Assembly (NCBI GenBank): GCA_021323635.1
Contig: JAJPKQ010000027.1
Location: forward strand, 9,563 to 73,562
From: a bacterium
GTDB taxonomy: Bacteria; Actinomycetota; Thermoleophilia; Solirubrobacterales; Solirubrobacteraceae
Length of the DNA stretch: 64,000 bases
Direction of reading: 5' to 3'
The notes under the pieces are model-generated. The model ran no database searches. It saw only the letters and a list, made by a program, of their open reading frames with translations, and had not been told where the DNA came from. The first letter of the stretch is position 1; the number at the start of each line of letters is the position of its first letter. Below are positions 17,719 through 26,094 of the stretch, piece by piece. The position numbers and the translations under genes were made by a program.

Positions 17719-17934
17719 GCTGAGCCTCGGCGAGTAGAAGCCCGCAGCGTCTCTGCGGAGAACGGCGGATGCGTGCGAGCGCCCGCCCGCCATAGGGTCG
17801 CTCCACGGTGCCTGCCATTCGCCTCTGGGAGCCATACCAGCCAGTTATGGGCACCAGCTTCAGGCCGAATGGCCCGCTGAGCCGCGCTCTGCGATCGCCT
17901 CGCCTCGGTGTGCGACCTTGAGGGACGCACAGAC

Positions 17935-19368
17935 ATGAGCACGCTTGAACTTGCACGCACGCAGTTCGCGGTCACCACCCTCTTCCACTTCATCTTCGTG
18001 CCGATGTCGATCGGCTTGGCGCTGTGGGTGGCGATCTGTCAGACGCTGCACTATCGCACGGGCAATGAGGTCTACGCGCGCATGACGCGCTTCTGGGGTC
18101 GCTTCATGCTGATCTCGATCGCGATCGGTGTTGTGACGGGCATCGTCCAGGAGTTTCAGTTCGGCATGAACTGGTCGGAATACTCGCGCTACGTCGGCGA
18201 TGTCTTCGGCGCGCCGCTTGCGATGGAGGGCCTTGCGGCCTTCTTCCTGGAGTCGACCTTCATCGGCCTCTGGATCTTCGGCGCCGGCCGCATGCGCCCC
18301 GCGGTGCACCTGGCGACGATCTGGCTGACCGCGCTCGGGACGGTCTTCTCGGCCTACTTCATCCTTGCTGCGAACGCCTGGATGCAGCACCCGGTCGGCT
18401 ACGTCGTCAATCACCTGACGCATCGCGCCGAACTGACGTCGATCTTTGCTGTGCTCGGCAACTCGACCGTCTGGATGGCCTTTCCGCACACGGTCTTCGG
18501 CGCCTTTCTCACCGGTGGCATGCTGGTATTGGCGATCTCCGCCTGGTTTCTGCTGCGCGGGCGCGACGTCGATGTCTTCGCGCGCTCCGCCAGCCTGATG
18601 CTGCCCCTGGTGCTTGTCTTCTCGATCGCGACGATCGGCTTCGGCGACGGCCAGGCACGGCTTCTTGAGAGCCAGCAGCCGATGAAGATGGCCGCTGCGG
18701 AGGCTGTCTACAAGACAACCAAGGGCGCGGGCCTCTCGCTCTTTGCAATCGCGCCCTTCGAAGCGCACCCCTCGCACCTCTCCACGAACATCGCGATCCC
18801 GCACCTGGAGTCGCTGATCGCGACGCTCTCCTGGAACGGCACCGTCAAGGGCATCGACCAGGCGCAGCGCGAAGAGGAAAAGCGATTTGGGCCGGGGCAG
18901 TACATGCCGATCGTCGGCGTCGTCTACTGGACCTTCCGGCTGATGGTCGGCTCAGGGTTCCTGATGCTCTTCATCGCGATCGCCGGCTGCCTGCTGATCT
19001 GGAAAAGGCGCCTGCAGCGTGCGCGGCTCTTTCACCGCGTCGCGATCGCCGCCGTGCTGCTGCCGATCATCGCGAACTGGTCAGGCTGGATCTTCACCGA
19101 GATGGGGCGCCAGCCGTGGGTCGTCTACGGCCTACTGCGCACGAGCCAAGCGCGCTCGCCGACGGTCACCTCGACCGAGCTTGTGATCTCGCTCTCCGCC
19201 TACATCCTCGTCTACTCGATACTGACCGGCATCGGCGGCCGGCTCTTCCTGCGCGAGATGCGCCACGGGCCCGGCGCGCCAGGGCCGGCGGGCGCGGGCG
19301 CGGGGCGGCCGGGCGGTGCGCCTGCCGGCGGCGCGGCGCTTGGCGAGGACCTCGGGCTGGCCTACTGA
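17935..19368 (+). CDS. cydA: Cytochrome bd ubiquinol/menaquinol oxidase subunit I
   Basis: RTQFAVTTLFHFIFVP (His19 region), QEFQFGMNWS, NAWMQHP, QPMKMAAAEA, TEMGRQPW. Confidence 0.97.
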   Translation: MSTLELARTQFAVTTLFHFIFVPMSIGLALWVAICQTLHYRTGNEVYARMTRFWGRFMLISIAIGVVTGIVQEFQFGMNWSEYSRYVGDVFGAPLAMEGLAAFFLESTFIGLWIFGAGRMRPAVHLATIWLTALGTVFSAYFILAANAWMQHPVGYVVNHLTHRAELTSIFAVLGNSTVWMAFPHTVFGAFLTGGMLVLAISAWFLLRGRDVDVFARSASLMLPLVLVFSIATIGFGDGQARLLESQQPMKMAAAEAVYKTTKGAGLSLFAIAPFEAHPSHLSTNIAIPHLESLIATLSWNGTVKGIDQAQREEEKRFGPGQYMPIVGVVYWTFRLMVGSGFLMLFIAIAGCLLIWKRRLQRARLFHRVAIAAVLLPIIANWSGWIFTEMGRQPWVVYGLLRTSQARSPTVTSTELVISLSAYILVYSILTGIGGRLFLREMRHGPGAPGPAGAGAGRPGGAPAGGAALGEDLGLAY

Positions 19369-19381
19369 TGGAGCGAGCCTG

Positions 19382-20518
19382 ATGGCGCACGAGCCGGACT
19401 TTCTGCAGACGCTCTGGTTTGTGCTGATCGCGATCCTGTGGGTCGGCTACTTCATCCTTGAGGGCTTTGACTTCGGCGTGGGCATGCTCGTGCCGCTGCT
19501 TGGCAGGGACGAGGCGGAGAAGCGTGCTCTGATCCACACGATCGGCCCGCTCTGGGATGGCAACGAGGTATGGCTGATCGTCGCCGGCGGGGCGACGTTC
19601 GCCGCCTTCCCGGGGTGGTATGCGTCGCTCTTCTCCGGCTTCTATCTCGCGCTGCTGCTGATTCTGCTGGCGCTGATCGTGCGCGGGGTGGCGTTCGAGT
19701 TCTGGGGCAAGATCGACTCGTCCCGTTGGCGGGCGCTCTGGGAGGGCGCTCTGGCGGGCGGCTCGGCGCTTGCCTCCTTCCTCTGGGGTGTTGCGTTTGC
19801 GAACATCATCGCTGGGGTGCCGTTGAATGGCGCCCACAACTTCACCGGGACGATCTTCTCGCTGCTTCACCCTTACGCCCTGCTCGCGGGCTTGGCCAGC
19901 CTGCTGCTCTTTCTCGCCCACGGCGCAGCGTTTCTGACGCTGCGCACCCGCGGCAAGCTGCGGGAGCGCGCGGGCAGGGTCGCCACCCCGGTGGGCATTG
20001 CCGTCATCGGTCCCCTTGCCGGCTTTCTGCTCTGGAGCGCGCTCGACCAGCGCGTGGGGGGCGTGAAGGCCTCGGCAACGGCGCTTGCCGCGCTCGCGGT
20101 CGCGCTCGCGGCGGCGGCGCCGGCGCTGCTGGCGCGCGGCAGGCAGGCGGGTGCCTTTGGGGCGACGACCGGGGCGATCGCGGCGCTCTTTGCCGCGCAG
20201 CTGGTATGGCTGTTTCCGCTGGCGCTGCCATCGAGCACTGCACGCGCCCTCTCGCTGACCCTGCGCGCGGCCTCCTCGAGCCACTACACGCTGACCGTGA
20301 TGAGCATCGTCGCGGTGGTGCTGCTGCCGGTCGTGCTGCTCTACCAGGGCTGGACCTACTGGATCTTCCGCTACCGGCTGAGCAGCGAGGACTTTGCGCA
20401 GCCACCGACCCCTGGAGCATTGATCGAGCGCGCCTTCGGCGCCGGCGGCACGGGGCCGGGGTCGCCCACCGCGGGTGAGGCCGGCGCGGGCGGGGGAGGA
20501 ACGGGCGGGGGTCCATAG
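19382..20518 (+). CDS. cydB: Cytochrome bd oxidase subunit II
   Basis: LEGFDFGVG, IGPLWDGNEVWLIVAGGATFAAFPGWYASLFSG, LIVRGVAFE. Confidence 0.97.
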   Translation: MAHEPDFLQTLWFVLIAILWVGYFILEGFDFGVGMLVPLLGRDEAEKRALIHTIGPLWDGNEVWLIVAGGATFAAFPGWYASLFSGFYLALLLILLALIVRGVAFEFWGKIDSSRWRALWEGALAGGSALASFLWGVAFANIIAGVPLNGAHNFTGTIFSLLHPYALLAGLASLLLFLAHGAAFLTLRTRGKLRERAGRVATPVGIAVIGPLAGFLLWSALDQRVGGVKASATALAALAVALAAAAPALLARGRQAGAFGATTGAIAALFAAQLVWLFPLALPSSTARALSLTLRAASSSHYTLTVMSIVAVVLLPVVLLYQGWTYWIFRYRLSSEDFAQPPTPGALIERAFGAGGTGPGSPTAGEAGAGGGGTGGGP

Positions 20519-20520
20519 CG

Positions 20521-22338
20521 ATGGCTGCCGTCAGCGTCGTCGGCGAGCGCGGGCTGCAGCGGCGCCTGCTGCGCGAGAGCTCAGCAGCACGCGCTGCGAT
20601 CCGGCGCGCTGCGCTGCTCGGGCTGGCAAGCGCGGCTGCGATCGTCGCGCAGGCGGCACTGCTTGCGCATCTGATCGCCGCTACAGCCTTCGGCCATGCC
20701 TCGCTTGGCGCGCTCAGCGACGAGCTGATCGCGCTCGCTGCAGTGGTCGCGGCAAGGGCGCTGCTCGCTGGCGCCTTTGAGAGCTCAGGACGGATCGCTG
20801 CCGCGGAGGCGATGTCGCAGCTGCGCGCGCGCCTTGCGCGCACGCTGCTGATCGAGGATCCGGCGCGAGCGCTCGAGGATGCGGCGGAGGGGAGCGCCAG
20901 CGGCGAGCTTGCCGGCGCGGCGGTCGCCGGGGTCGATGCGCTGCTGCCCCTCTTTGCGGGCTATCTGCCCCAGATCGTGCTTGCGGCAGCCGTTCCCGCG
21001 CTCGCGCTTGCATACCTTGCGGCGGTGGACGCGCTCGCCGCGGTGCTGCTGCTGCTGAGCATCCCGCTGCTGATCGCCTTCATGGTGCTGATCGGCAAGC
21101 GGGCAGGGGCGGCCGCGCGCTCGCGGATGCGCGCGCTTGCGATTTTGAGCGGCCACTTCGTCGACGTCGTCAGCGGTCTCAGCACGCTGCGCGTCTTCCG
21201 CCGTGAGCAGGCGCAGGTGCAGACGATCGCGCGCGTCGGCGAGCGCCTGCGCGCGGAGACCATGGGCACGCTGCGGATCGCATTCCTATCTGCGCTTGTG
21301 CTGGAGCTGGGCGCGATGATCGCGATGGCGCTGGTTGCGGCGACGATCGGCGTCCAGCTTGACGGCGGAGCGCTGAAGCTGCAGGCCGGCCTGGTCGTGC
21401 TGCTGCTTGCTCCTGAGATCTACGGCGCGCTGCGCGGGGTCGGCCAGCGCTACCACGCCGGTGCGGACGGCCTGGCGGCGGCAGAGCGCATCTTCAGGGC
21501 GCTTGACAGCGGCGAGGGGCAGGGGCCAGCAGCCACTGGGCGGCCCATCGAGAGCGCCGGCGCAGGTGCCCTTGGCGAATCTGCTCGCGATCGCGCACGC
21601 TGCACGCGGAGGGGCCCAGCGATCAGCCCCCTGCAGGCGCCGCTGTGCCTGGAGGGGGTGCGCTTCAGCTTCCCCGGACGTGCGCAGGAGCTCCTGCGCG
21701 GCGTCGATCTCGCTCTTGAGCCCGGCTCGGCAACCCTCATCACCGGCGCAAGCGGAGCGGGGAAGAGCACGCTAGGGATGCTGCTGCTCGGGCTGCGCTC
21801 GCCCAGCGCCGGGCGTGTGCACTGTGGTGGGCAGGAGCTCTCCGAGCTTGGCCGGGAGCGATGGTGGCCCCAGGTCGCCTGGCTGCCCCAGCGCCCGCGC
21901 ATCTACGCGGGCACGCTCGCGCAGAACATCGCGCTCTATGACCGCAGGATCGATGCTGATCGAATCGAGCAGGCGGCCGCGGCGGCGGGGCTGGGGGAGC
22001 TTTTGGCCAGCCTGCCGGAGGGGCTTCAGACGCGCGTCGGGGAGGGCAACCGCGCGCTCTCTGCGGGGCAGGCAGCGCGCGTGGCGCTGGCGCGGGTGCT
22101 TGCCCCACGCGCAGCGCTGGTGGTGCTCGATGAGCCCTTTGCGCATCTGGATCAGGGCAGCCGGATGGCGATCGCCGAGCAGCTCGGCGCTCTGCAGGGC
22201 AGCTGCACGCTGGTTGTGATCGGCCATGCTCCGGCGCAGGGAGCGACCGGCTGGGCGTCTGTAGAGGAAGGCTTGTGGCCTGCGGGCGCGCGCGTCCTTG
22301 CGCTGGAGGACGGGCGGCTTGAGGCGGTGCGCGCGTGA
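20521..22338 (+). CDS. cydD: Thiol-reductant ABC exporter subunit CydD
   Basis: TM domain with LAPEIYGALRGVGQRYHA; Walker A GASGAGKST; LSAGQ; LDEP. Confidence 0.9.
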   Translation: MAAVSVVGERGLQRRLLRESSAARAAIRRAALLGLASAAAIVAQAALLAHLIAATAFGHASLGALSDELIALAAVVAARALLAGAFESSGRIAAAEAMSQLRARLARTLLIEDPARALEDAAEGSASGELAGAAVAGVDALLPLFAGYLPQIVLAAAVPALALAYLAAVDALAAVLLLLSIPLLIAFMVLIGKRAGAAARSRMRALAILSGHFVDVVSGLSTLRVFRREQAQVQTIARVGERLRAETMGTLRIAFLSALVLELGAMIAMALVAATIGVQLDGGALKLQAGLVVLLLAPEIYGALRGVGQRYHAGADGLAAAERIFRALDSGEGQGPAATGRPIESAGAGALGESARDRARCTRRGPAISPLQAPLCLEGVRFSFPGRAQELLRGVDLALEPGSATLITGASGAGKSTLGMLLLGLRSPSAGRVHCGGQELSELGRERWWPQVAWLPQRPRIYAGTLAQNIALYDRRIDADRIEQAAAAAGLGELLASLPEGLQTRVGEGNRALSAGQAARVALARVLAPRAALVVLDEPFAHLDQGSRMAIAEQLGALQGSCTLVVIGHAPAQGATGWASVEEGLWPAGARVLALEDGRLEAVRA

Positions 22339-24113
22339 GCGCGCAGGCGCAGGGCGCAGCGGCGAGCGACGATCGCGCCGGCCTGCGCGGGGGCGTGCGC
22401 GCGCTGGCTGTGCTCGGGCGCGCGGGCGGGGGCGAGCGGCGGGCGTTTGCGCTTGCGGTGCTGCTCGGATTCGGAGCGGTCGCAAGCTCTGCAGCGCTGC
22501 TTGCCACCTCCGGCTATCTGATCTCGAAAGCCGCCCAGCGACCGCCGATCCTCTCGCTGCTGGTCGTGATCGTCGCTGTGCGGACATTTGCGCTCGCGCG
22601 CGCGCTGATGCGCTACGGCGAACGGCTGGCCGCTCATGATGGCGCGCTGCGGATGATGGCGCGTGTCCGCGTGCGCTTCTTCGAGCGCCTTGCGCCGCTT
22701 GTCCCGGGCGAGCTTCTGCGCGCGAGTGTCGACCCGGACGGGCGCAGACGTGAGGGCACCAGGGCGGGCGAGCTGCTTGGACGCTTCCTGAGCGACGTCG
22801 ATGCGCTGCAGGAGCTCTATGCACGCGGCATCGCGCCGCCGCTGATCGCTGCGCTTGCAACCGCGGGCGCTGCGCTCGGCGCCTACCTGATCCTGCCCGC
22901 CGCCGGCCCGGCCGTCTTTGCGGGGATGGCGCTTGCCAGCCTGCTCGCGCCCGCTGGGGGGATGCTGCTGAGCACGCGCGCAGGCAGGCGCGAGGCGCCG
23001 GCGCGCGGGGCGCTGCTCGCGGAGCTCTTGGAGACGTTGCAGGGCGCTCCCGAGCTTGCGCTCGCAGGGCGCTCGCAGGAGCGCCTGGCGGCGATCTCCG
23101 CCCTCGATCGCGCGCTGGCTGGCCACCTGCGCCGCGATGGGCTCGCGGCGGGGCTTGCCGCCGCGCTGCTGTCGCTGATCGGCGGGGCGACGATCCTCGC
23201 GCTGGTGCTGATCGGGGTGCCGGCGCTGCGCTCAGGCGCGCTTGCCCCCGTGATGCTTGCGGCGCTCATCTTCCTTGCGATCGCGGCATTTGAGGCGGTG
23301 CCGCCGCTCGCTGATGCGGGGAGGCGCCTGGGCGCTGGGAGCGCCTCCGCGCAGCGGCTGCATGAGCTCCTCAGGCGTCGGTCCACGGTGCGCGATCGCG
23401 CGCGCCCGGCGCCCCTTCCCGATCAGGGCGAGCTTGTCATGGAAGATGTCTTCTTTCGCTACAGCCCGGCCGATCGCTGGCTGCTCGAAGGGGTCTCGAT
23501 GCAGATCGAGCCGGGCAGGCTGATCGCGCTCTCCGGCCCCTCTGGCGCTGGCAAGAGCACGATCGCCCAGCTGCTTGTGCGCTTCTTGGACCCGCAGCAC
23601 GGAGCGGTGCGGATCGGCGGCGTGGACCTCCGCGAGGCCAGGCAGGAGCAGGTGCGCAGCATGATCGTGCTGATCGAGCAGCAGGCGCACCTCTTCAACA
23701 CGAGCATCCGCAAGAACCTCCTGATCGCGCGCCCCTCAGCAGGCGAGCGAGAGCTCTGGGAGGCGCTCGAGCAGGTGGGGATCGCCGACTTCATCGCCGC
23801 GCAGCCGCAGGGGCTGGAGCTGATGGTCGGCGAGGGCGGCGAGGCGCTCTCGGGCGGCGAGCGCCGTCGCATCGCGTTGGCCCGGGCCTTTCTATCACCC
23901 GCGCGCTTCCTGATCTTCGATGAGCCGACCGCCCATCTGGACCACGCGAGCGCGCAGAGCGTTCTAGACGCGATCGAGGCGGCCGCGGCGGAGCGCGGGG
24001 TGCTGCTGATCAGCCACGAGCAGCTTGCCGGCGAGCGCGCCCAGGAGGCGCTGGAGCTGCGGTCCGGTCAGATCCTTCGTGCGACGCCTGATCAATACAC
24101 TGCGCTGCGATGA
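22335..24113 (+). CDS. cydC: Thiol-reductant ABC exporter subunit CydC
   Basis: LLATSGYLISKAA, RYGERLAAHD, Walker A GPSGAGKST, LSGGERRR, FDEPT. Confidence 0.92.
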   Translation: MSAQAQGAAASDDRAGLRGGVRALAVLGRAGGGERRAFALAVLLGFGAVASSAALLATSGYLISKAAQRPPILSLLVVIVAVRTFALARALMRYGERLAAHDGALRMMARVRVRFFERLAPLVPGELLRASVDPDGRRREGTRAGELLGRFLSDVDALQELYARGIAPPLIAALATAGAALGAYLILPAAGPAVFAGMALASLLAPAGGMLLSTRAGRREAPARGALLAELLETLQGAPELALAGRSQERLAAISALDRALAGHLRRDGLAAGLAAALLSLIGGATILALVLIGVPALRSGALAPVMLAALIFLAIAAFEAVPPLADAGRRLGAGSASAQRLHELLRRRSTVRDRARPAPLPDQGELVMEDVFFRYSPADRWLLEGVSMQIEPGRLIALSGPSGAGKSTIAQLLVRFLDPQHGAVRIGGVDLREARQEQVRSMIVLIEQQAHLFNTSIRKNLLIARPSAGERELWEALEQVGIADFIAAQPQGLELMVGEGGEALSGGERRRIALARAFLSPARFLIFDEPTAHLDHASAQSVLDAIEAAAAERGVLLISHEQLAGERAQEALELRSGQILRATPDQYTALR

Positions 24114-24766
24114 ACGACGACTGGCGGCTGCGCATCGAGCTTGGCGAGGAGAGCCACGCGCAGATGTTGACCGCGGCGCTGAGCGAGGCGCAGGAGCTGG
24201 CGCATGACCTCCGGGGCGCCTTCCACGATCGCGTGATCGTCTCGCGCGACGGGCCTGTGGTGTTCTGCTACACCGCCACCAGGGAGCAGGCGCAGGCCGC
24301 TCAGAGGCTGATCGACTCGCTGGCCGAGAAGCATGGCTGGACGCTGCGCTCGCAGCTCACGCATTGGCACCCCGTCGCTGAGGCGTGGGAGGACCCCGAC
24401 GAGCCGCTGCCCCAAGCAGACGCCGATGCGGCAGCTGAGCACGCCAGGCTGATCGAGCAGGAGCGAGCAGATACGGATCGCCTTGGCTTCGCCGAGTGGG
24501 AGGTGCGGGTGCAGCGCGCATCGCACCACGATGCCGCCGCGCTCTCGGCGGCGCTGCGCCAGGAGGGGATGCCGCATGTTCACCGCTGGCACTACCTGCT
24601 GGTCGGCGCCGCAGACGAGGACAGCGCGCGTGAGCTGGCGGCGCGGATCGAGCGCGAGGCCCCGCCCGGCACGAGCGCAAGCGTGGAGCCGGCGGCGCGC
24701 GCCGCCTACGCGCTGGGCGGCCGGCAGACCAGCCCCTTTGCGGTCTTCGGCGGGATCGGCATCTAG
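24110..24766 (+). CDS. Hypothetical protein, fifth gene of the cyd operon
   Basis: ATGA overlap with the cydC stop; host-like codon pattern; two similar alpha/beta repeats. Confidence 0.7.
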   Translation: MNDDWRLRIELGEESHAQMLTAALSEAQELAHDLRGAFHDRVIVSRDGPVVFCYTATREQAQAAQRLIDSLAEKHGWTLRSQLTHWHPVAEAWEDPDEPLPQADADAAAEHARLIEQERADTDRLGFAEWEVRVQRASHHDAAALSAALRQEGMPHVHRWHYLLVGAADEDSARELAARIEREAPPGTSASVEPAARAAYALGGRQTSPFAVFGGIGI

Positions 24767-24802
24767 CGCGCTGCTGCCAGGGCCCGGCTGGCGATCGCCG
24801 CC

Positions 24803-25843
24803 TCAGGCGCGTATGCGCGCGATGGCCTGCGTGCGCGAGGAGACGCCGAGCCGAGCGTAGATGTGCTCCAGGTGCTTGCGGATGGTGCCGACGCTGATCG
24901 AAAGCTCGTGCGCGATCTGGTCATTTGTCCTGCCGAGCGTGAGCAGCCGCAGCACCTGCGCTTGGCGCCGCGTGATCCCAAGCTCGCGCAGCGACTCGAC
25001 GCTCGGCGGGCGTGAGCGCTGCTCCTCCAGCAGCAGCGTGGTGCAGGCGTCGCGCCCCGCGGAGGGGAGGATGAGCACGCGCAGGCGCCCGCGCGGGCCC
25101 TCCAGATGCAGCGTCTTGCCGCTCGCTCCTCTGACTGCGGCCATGATCGGTGAGGGCAGCTCAGCGCACTCAGCCCAAGGCCGACCGAGATAGGCCTCGA
25201 GCAGCTCGCGTGCTGTCGCGCTGGCGTGCGCCACGCGCCAGGCGCTGTCGAGCTGGATGAAGGCGGCATCGCGCTGCGCAAGCGCGCTGTCAAGCGCCGC
25301 TACCAGCGCGGCGGCGTGCTGGCGCGCGCGCACCTGCGTGTAGGCGCAGGCAAGGTGGGGGCGCAGTGCCTCGAGCACCGCGCGGTCGCGCTCTGTGAAG
25401 GTGCGCCGATCGCGCCCGAGCACAAGCGCGACGAGCACATCTCCGGGCAGGCCGAAGACGAGCTGATCCTCCAGCCCGATGGGTCGGTAGATGTCCTGGT
25501 AGAGCTCGAGGTGGTGCAGCCGGCGCCGGGAGAGGAAGTCTGAGAGCGCATAGGTGCGCAGATCGCCCGCGCGCTGGAGCGCTACCAGCGGGTGCTGGTG
25601 GGCGAGCGCGAGGAAGCGCTCCCCGATGCCCTCGAAGAGGCAGTCGGGTGGGTCGTGTAGCGTCCACGCGCTGGCGCGTGCCAGGTCGATCTCATTGAGC
25701 GCCAGGGTTTCGCAGGCGACCAGTCTGCGCAGCCCTGGAACGAGCACGCCTCTGAGCTCGGCCATGTCCTTGCTGCGCTGCGCCTCGAGCGAAAGCTCGA
25801 GCACTGCAGCGAGATCGTCTGCGCTCAACGACATCTTCGACAT
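24803..25843 (-). CDS. LuxR-family transcriptional regulator with N-terminal GAF-like sensor domain
   Basis: C-terminal ITRRQAQVLRLL...NDQIAHELSISVGTIRKHLEHIYARLGV; N-terminal GAF-like region (RRTFTERDRAVL). Start trimmed to MSKMSL. Confidence 0.88.
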   Translation of the reverse strand: MSKMSLSADDLAAVLELSLEAQRSKDMAELRGVLVPGLRRLVACETLALNEIDLARASAWTLHDPPDCLFEGIGERFLALAHQHPLVALQRAGDLRTYALSDFLSRRRLHHLELYQDIYRPIGLEDQLVFGLPGDVLVALVLGRDRRTFTERDRAVLEALRPHLACAYTQVRARQHAAALVAALDSALAQRDAAFIQLDSAWRVAHASATARELLEAYLGRPWAECAELPSPIMAAVRGASGKTLHLEGPRGRLRVLILPSAGRDACTTLLLEEQRSRPPSVESLRELGITRRQAQVLRLLTLGRTNDQIAHELSISVGTIRKHLEHIYARLGVSSRTQAIARIRA

Positions 25844-26094
25844 CCTTCCTGGCACCCATCGCCCGCTGCGGCGCCGGACGCCGGCAGCTGTGCTCAGCGC
25901 TTCACCGGCGCCCCGGGGGCGCCCCTTGCGCTCTCGGGCCACTCTCCGACGCCGACGAAATATACGCGCTTTGTCGTATTCAGGCAAGTGCGCAGCGTCG
26001 ATATCGTCGCCCGCCAGATCGATGCTGACCGTCGCTGCGGGCAGCTGCCGACCCACGGCCAACGATGACTCAACGGAAGGTGAAGGAGGCGCCC

